NCBI GenBank assembly: GCA_040954595.2
Contig: CM082586.2
Coordinates: forward strand, 4,161,125 to 4,225,124
DNA from: Balanoglossus misakiensis
Lineage: Eukaryota > Animalia > Hemichordata
Direction: 5' to 3'
Length of the DNA: 64,000 bases
Shown here: positions 56,283 to 64,000 of the stretch, piece by piece
Position numbering within the stretch: the first letter of the stretch is position 1
Layout of the letters: the number at the start of each line of letters is the position of its first letter
The notes under the pieces: generated by a model
Seen by the model: only the letters and a program-made list of their open reading frames with translations
Databases searched by the model: none
What the model was told of the DNA's origin: nothing
Translations under genes and position numbers: made by a program

Positions 56283-59200
56283 TGTGTGTGTATGTGTGTA
56301 TGTGATTGTATGTATACACTGTATGTGTGAAAAACTGGTCATTATAAATATATAATGGAAAAACTAACAAATGCATGAGATATACACACAAATTACACGA
56401 CATATTTATCCGCATTAAGCATTCACTTTCTTTCTATGCCTTGTCACAAACTCCAGAGAAGGAAAATGACTAAATACCAACACTACTTTGAAACGCGTAG
56501 ATTGTGCAAAGTTAGTGAAATGGGCTTGTATGCAAATCTCGCATTTAAGCGTAATGTACATCATAGCTGTATAGCCGAACACAATAACAGCGTGCATTGA
56601 TTGCTGCGGGCGATTCTATTAGAATACAATTTATACAAAGGAAGAGAATTTCAGGAATAGTCAATCCCGTAAAAACTGGGTAATCTTTCGACTTCATACC
56701 GGGCATTATAATTCCCCCTCGGCGGAGATTTCCGTTTGTGCAGGAGACCGAAGTCAAACAAAAAGGATCCCGAATTGTATAGGAACCACGGCGGATTGTA
56801 TCTCGACTATCAGGAAATGTGACACGGAAATCCCAGCAAAAACACGGAGGTATTTGCCTACAAAATGCATGGATTTTTTCTGGCAATCTTTAAATAGACA
56901 CTTGAAGCAGATGTTGGCGGGAAGGAGTGGAAGATCGGGGCGGCGGGGAAGAAAGAAAAGGCCCGGAAAACCGGCTGACTCTACGGATGTATAAACACGC
57001 CAGCTTTAGAACTTGACTACATGCCCCGGCAACACTGTCTATTTCCCCGCCGTTCGCTGCAAATCGATGCAACAATGCGTGTCCGATTTGCGCGGAACAT
57101 TTGACACTATTTTATCATTGTGTGACGTGACACGGTTCAAATAAAGCTATCGAATTTGGATATTTTTTCGTGAACTCTGAAAAGATGGGGTCGGGGTTTA
57201 GAACAATTGAACATCTATTCTCATTTTAACGTATACGTAAACGACAACAACCGACCAACAATATATGCAAGATTATGAAAGTGTTCCCTCAACTTGGATT
57301 GCCAATCAAACAAATTACACAGGAAATAACAAGGCACATCGATGACAAAACGGCGCAGAGAGTGAGAATTAATTGATTCCATGGAAACGGAGAATTCCAA
57401 ATGACAGACGAAGAAAGTCTACAAACGTACTCAACACCACCCTCCATTCTTTAGAATCAATCACCGCGGCAAACAGTATAATACCGGGATATCCCAGAAC
57501 AGAAACCGTTTCTTCAATTACAAATTATGAAACACCAAACTATCAACAATACCATTGACCGTAAAAGGAAAAAAATCAGAGATTTATTTGCCTGGTCACG
57601 AAGAAATGATTTTCATTCTCATCGTATTCTATAGGTGCAACACATTGTCTCGGGTAAACTATGAAAACGCTGCATTCATTCCACAAGCACGAAATAAATA
57701 TTTATTGAAACTCAGACAAAAATTTGCATATCTCTTCTTATCTTTTTTTTCTCAATAATTATTTGTGATTTTTCAGTACTGTTTTCTTTCACGTTCCCGT
57801 CAACTTGCACGATTCATGATGGAGTGTGGGGTAGGCTTTTTTTCTCCCGCGTTCGCTGAGATCGGTTTTAGGACAGCGGTTTTTACCATTAGTACAATGC
57901 GCGCTAGATTGACATCAGGACGATGTATGCAGGGGTATAGTTTCCATTCAAATGCAGTGTGTACGGAATCTGTAGAACATAAAATCAAATTTTGATACCC
58001 TCTCAATTATTCAGCCGTGGACTCGGGTGAAGTCGACGCATTTTACACGTGTCTGTCGCCAGCTTATAAAACTTTGACGATTTTCCGTCTGACGGCGGCG
58101 CACCGTTCCCATTCGGCTGACCACGAATGGGGACCCAGATAGCCCCAAGTTAAAAAGGTTAGACATAAAGACATCCCCCAAAGCAATAAAACCACGTGTG
58201 TGGAGTGGAAACACTTGGCGTCCAAATGCTATGACCGGCAGCACTTCCCCGACCCCGTTCTATCATTTGAAAAACCTTCCCCATCTCGTCAAATGCTGTC
58301 TGTAAGACGTGTCAACCGATCTCCGATCTGCTGGCACGTTAAGGAGAAAAATGACTGTGTGAGAACACTCCGAAAAGTATCATTGACTGGCTTCTTTATA
58401 CGTGTGGGGTTTTCAGCAAATCGTTCGATTTTGGCGAAGAAAATTTTGGCGAAGAACAAGGAACAATCTGTGTGTACTTTTGTCACCTAGGGTATTTGGA
58501 TTGGTTACGCGTCTATGCCCCTTACATCATTTAATAATCTTCGGTCGGTAGTAGTCTCTCTTACAGACGTAAAACCTGAGCTTTGCCAAAATCAAGACTC
58601 TTGTACACTTATTGAATGACGCGCACGCTTTTGCAAGAGACGAGCTTGACAACGGGCCAGACACAAAGGGAACCACAGTCCCGGTGAACAGCGCCCCCAG
58701 TGATAAGCAACAAACAATAGTCCAAGCAGAATCACAGCTTTCAATGCGATAAGTAAAATCCCCGGATGTTAACGTTGTTTTTCAGCCTCCTTGATTTTTA
58801 CCGGTAAAACTCATGTAAAAAGGAACCCTGCCGACAGCAGTGTAAAAGTGTGAAATTAAATCGGAATGATTTACGTTCAAAACAACAACCATCCTGGTAA
58901 ATATTAAAAAAAAACCTTGGTTTATCATGGAAGTAGACTTTGTTTTCCAGGTGCTATTAAGCCTTTCTTCAAGAACAATATGATCTGTCATCTTCCATGC
59001 GTGAGTTCGTCGCAGGCGCGCTTGAAATTTATTCTGACTATACAAAAAAAGTACGAATCACCATGATTTCTAATCTATTTTCGGAAAGTGGATCCATGCA
59101 GTCGCTAGGCAACGATCGCTGGGCAACGTGCGCGTCGTACACCTAAACGAAGTTATAATGAATGCTGAACTCGTCAAAACTATCTTGCTGTTGTTGTTGT

Positions 59201-62200
59201 TGTTTTTCCAGGATGAACGTCAACATCTGAGCTTCCCGTATGAATGATGCTTTCCATGATCAGAGTCATGGACTAACATGACTAATACATAAGAATACAC
59301 AAATGCATGTGTATTCACTGGAATATTGCATTTCAATTTGGCATTAACGAAGAAGACATTGAACACGTCGTACGTCAGCGCACGACAGGGGGAAATGGAC
59401 GGCACGCCGGGAACACGAGAATTCCAAGAATCGTACTAAATCAAAACCAGAAATCCTACAATATGACAACAACAGATTCCACGTATGCCAACAATCCTCC
59501 AAGTCTGTTCGCCAGACTATGCGACGGCCCGAAGAAATTCTCTCAGAAACATGGCCCCTATAAAACTGGGCACAATTAAAGAAATCTACTACAGGTACTA
59601 AAATGATGGATGTTACTAAAAACTAACAGAACGTGAGAAACAGTATTATAGTAAGGTTGCTTGAGCTATTTAAGTTGCTTAACGGCCTTCAAATCTATTA
59701 CCGAAATGAAATGGATATTTTAATTTCCGTGGATTAGGATCACCTCGCTGAAAGTAATTCTGATATTAGACACATTAAGATCTCGATTTGCCATCATTAT
59801 CATTTTTTTTTGCAAAACAACTATTTCATAACGATGGCGTCGCATCGTAATTAGTCTAACAGAACTTGAAAGTATTGTAAAATAATGGCGGCTGGTGCTG
59901 TTTTGTGCACGACGGGATTTCGCCACAATTGAAATCTTGCGCTATTTTGTAAAGTTTGCATCATGTTTCAGAAGAAAGTGTCTGGTAAGAAAGTGACGAA
60001 AACGCAGGTGATATGAAATCTATAAATTCCATTTTTGTGGTGTCAATGTGCGATTATCTTGTCAGAAATCGCGGTGACGAAAGAAATATACAGTTTCATA
60101 CACTTACGACCAATGGTCAAAAAATTTGCCTGGCTGCAACCGCTGTCAGAATGTAGATTACATACTAGTATTCACGACACGTAATGTCAAAGGTATCGCA
60201 CTTCGGACCAATTATATATTATTTTCAGATAATGAACAGCGTTACCACATCTACATACAACGGGATCACCATAAAACGAGCAAATACAGGCATTTTAGCG
60301 AACAACAAATACAATTACAATTACAAGAACGGAAAAACTGTACCTTCTCTGAAGTGGGAATTTTATAGAGCCCGCCTAAGTAGCCGCCGTATGATCTTGG
60401 CTTTGAGACATCATTACAAGAAATGAAACCGATACTGTGAAATAATTGACCACCAACCGTGCCTTGGTCACTGGCACTGACTTAAGGGGTCAAGATGTCA
60501 TAGGGGATTTGGAATCATCTGCAGTGTCCGCGCTAATCGGTAAAGCCCACTCGATCGGCAGGATAATCGTGGGATTAAAATCACGGCCTGACAAACGAGT
60601 GACTCAAAATTGCGCAATAACGTTTACCGTTAATTAACCCATTTTATAAGTTTCGACGGCATAAAAGCCATACGCGTAATCGCGGTTTTCTTGAATGCAT
60701 TCTTGTTTCTACACAAACCACTAAAAACCTTGCGACACGTTACGGAGGTACTCCTGAGAATTTCTTACTGCATTTCTGTAAGAAAATAGTAAGGGTTTTT
60801 TAAACATCACGAACAGACGCGAACTCGATTCGGTCTTGAAATTTAATGCTCGCGTCAGGTCATCTCATCGCGCCAAAAATGGGCAAAACCTTACAAATTG
60901 CTATAAAAACAGGAAAACTGGAGTTATTTCTGGACAAAACAGGACATTGGTCGTGCTGATTAGCAGCTAGAATGGGCAGTAATTACATAAATCAGACGAC
61001 AGTGCCCTTAAACTTTGTCCATATTTTAAAGCTACCTATGACAGGTGTCCCCAATTAATAACGATCATTTGCACGACGAAAACAACAACACAATGGTCAT
61101 TGTGATAATTAGGGTACGATGACGCGATGCCTCGTGGCCACTGTGGGTTGCCTTGGTAACCGACACCCAAGGTTGTGTGTCCTTTTTGGTTCCAAGATCA
61201 GTTTCTTTAACGACATCCCATAGGCATACATGTCTTGCAATTACACGGCAGATAACCCAGTAACGGTGTTACATCTACTTATGAAACTGCATTAGCTGTA
61301 CTATTTTTGCTGAGCTTTTTTTATCTATCTACTGCAGTTTCTAGTTCAAATCCACGCAGCAGAATGGAACGCCAAGTATTAAGGTTGTCTTTTCACAAAT
61401 TTGCGACGCTGCATGTTGTCCATAAGCGTCTGAGAGCGAAGTGTTACAATACAATACAAAGCAGTAAAGTCATATTTGCAGATATTGGCATAAAACACGC
61501 CCCAGTCGGCACTTAGCGCCACTGTTCCAAACCACAGTCCCTCACACCACAAAGAGATATATCTACGGGAGAGATACTTGTCAATAGCAATATACAAGTA
61601 GTAATTATATAAAAAGCAGTTAAGTTTACTCTTGGTGTCGGGGATGAAATATGGCGCGTTGCTGGTAGGTGGGCGGACACGGTGTGTGTGTGCGTTGAGC
61701 GACACTCGACGTTAACTGTACGGTGAGATTAGTTTCATTGTGGCGGGTATGTTGGACACCTCTTTAGAGAGTGCTGCAAAGTGAAGCAATCAAAACGGTA
61801 CGGAGCTCAGTACGCTAACATAAAGATACAGCCAAGAATGATCGTCAGTGGCTAATTCAATAATACAGCTGCGTTGACCCTATTTGCCGGTCAGGACCTA
61901 ACATGATCGGATGGTATTGGAAAAGTCAGGCCACTGAGACTACCACGACCGCTCGGTTTCATCAAACAAGATGAATAGAAACATTCAAATTTACAGATAT
62001 TTATTTTATTTTATTTTATTTAATTGGCTGGAAGCTAATCGGTGACGATGGGTAATCAGTCTTTCGATTCCGACAATAATTCTTTCGAGAAGTGTGAATC
62101 ACGTGACGTCACCACCCGCGCTCAGCTGCAGGCATGACAAGTTATCTGAATATCATCATTATCAAAATTTCGTCGTAAAAGAGTACAGCGCCGGCCACGC

Positions 62201-64000
62201 TAAACACGTCACTCGAGTTTTTGTCCAATTCATTGCACTAAAAAACTCCGGTGTAACCGCGGCCGCGATAATCACCGTCCATGTTTGTCGACATCCATGA
62301 AAGTGTGACTAACGGTGCTATTACACGGTAATCATAGCGTACCTGCATTTTACGGCGTTATGAAAACACCACAAAGCAGGAAATCAACACTAATTTTGCC
62401 CACCGATCATTGCGAAAAATAAATTGAAAAATTTACGAGGGGTCACCCGGGGTCAATGCAGACCGACACGTTATGAAAACGCCTGTCGTTTCTCACAAAC
62501 AATCTAAATATATCATAATTTGAACCCTGACCCCGGCAAAGTATCCGGCTCTTAGGCATCGCAAAGGTTAGCATTTTACTCAGATACCGTGTTGCGCACC
62601 ACTTTTTTATGGCATCGTTAAAGCCGAGAAAATTAGAGAGAGAAAAAAGCCATCGCGGCTAAATGGAAGTGCAGCGCTTGGTGCGGCTAATGTGAACCTA
62701 GCCTAGGTTTACTCGAACGACTTTATGATACTACCGAACGTCGACATGTGGAAAATGTACGGGTTAAAAATAATGGGGGGAAAAGGCTAGGGTAGAAAAA
62801 AAAAACTTTCGTCGGTTACAAGATAGGGATGACCTTATAAGGGTAGACTTATTAAGAGCGATTCTGTGTGACATATGACGCCACGAAATGGATGATTTGG
62901 GAAACGCAGATTGTTTCGACGACTTTTCTGTAGCAGAAAACATCGGTGCGTTTGTAGAGGATAGATCTTCTATGCAACCTCATTTAGCGGACGATGCGAT
63001 GAAAACCCATTGGTGTCATTTCGCGAGCTTGTCGCGGCCAGTTTTTCAGAAATGGCACGAAGTTGCCTGGGGGCTGGAGTAATGAAATGACGAGTAAACT
63101 AGCAAAGCGACACGATCACACGCTTAGGGTCTTCAATTTGACGCAGATTTTTAACTAGTGCTTTGGAGTATTAATTGCAACTGTCATTAAATGAGACGAG
63201 ATGAGATAGTCTTATTCTCAGGGTTTACAGCCCAAGGCGCTACGCTTTCTGCCAAATGTACTGCGTCTACCAGTCGCGATAAATTTGGTTAATCATAAAG
63301 TATTAGGAGTTGGGAGAATGACACCCAATACGGCTCTAAAATGACATATTTAGAAGCGAAATCAAACGCGAAAGGTGAAACATTTTTAATGAGAATCTCA
63401 AGTTCTATTGGCGACTAAATACTCGTCGCTGAGAGCTTCTCTCTTCGGAGACTAGCGTCTGGTGGACGAGGAAATCACCGGCGTTGAGATGTGTCAAAAT
63501 CAATGCCCTTCTGACAGGCAGACAACGAGAAGGGGGTAAAGCAATCGTTATTTCAAACAGACAGTGACGGGATAAGAACAAAAGACGTAGCCGTTGAGTG
63601 TCTCAACACCGCGGCCTTACTCGGCCCTAAACGACGCATTTCTCGAACGATAGAAACAGATTATGCGATGCGTTTGTCTGAGAATTTGAACATTTAACAA
63701 ACATGAATGGAGGACGCGTTAACGAGTTTTGTCATCATATCGTGTGTCACACACACTTCAAGTTAAGTTTGTGACAAAGGAAATATTATAATAATATAAT
63801 ATCGATTATGAATGGTCCGGTCTATACAACATAGCACTGATAGCGGAAACCTCTTTGTTCTCTAGCACGAAATAAAATCAAATAAAAATATTGAGAAGAA
63901 AAATCTAACGTCTGCACATATTTTTTGCGAAGAGTGGACAAAACCGTTTAATAGTCCACTCACTATCATTGGTTCTTCCGACAGACAAAATGAACCTTTA

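Noticed and set aside
52896-64000. Scattered 60-110 aa ORFs
   Set aside because: No domain motifs, coding bias or transposase/RT signatures; consistent with non-coding DNA, including microsatellite-derived ORFs.

Overview
Eukaryotic (animal) genomic DNA, probably an invertebrate deuterostome (inferred from gene content and style, not proven). Bases 1-~20075 are an 88-bp tandem satellite (~225 copies). It flips orientation at 8996/8997, flips again at ~19741, and ends in three divergent monomers. About 200 bp later comes a tandem cluster of four paralogous plus-strand immunoglobulin-superfamily genes (20270-33640). Each is built from phase-1 exons: leader, V-set domain with a J-like GxGxTxLxV strand, C2-type domain, and GPI-like hydrophobic tail. 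The fourth has no obvious leader exon of its own. Convergent with the cluster is a minus-strand ERF/ETV3-type ETS repressor gene (exons 37200-38889, 39043-39277 and probably 52570-52895). The rest is intronic or intergenic with microsatellites. Main leads: the V-C2-GPI receptor cluster next to ERF/ETV3, a possibly shared leader exon, the palindromic satellite that inverts at its own internal hairpin, and a divergent first exon that splices into the satellite.
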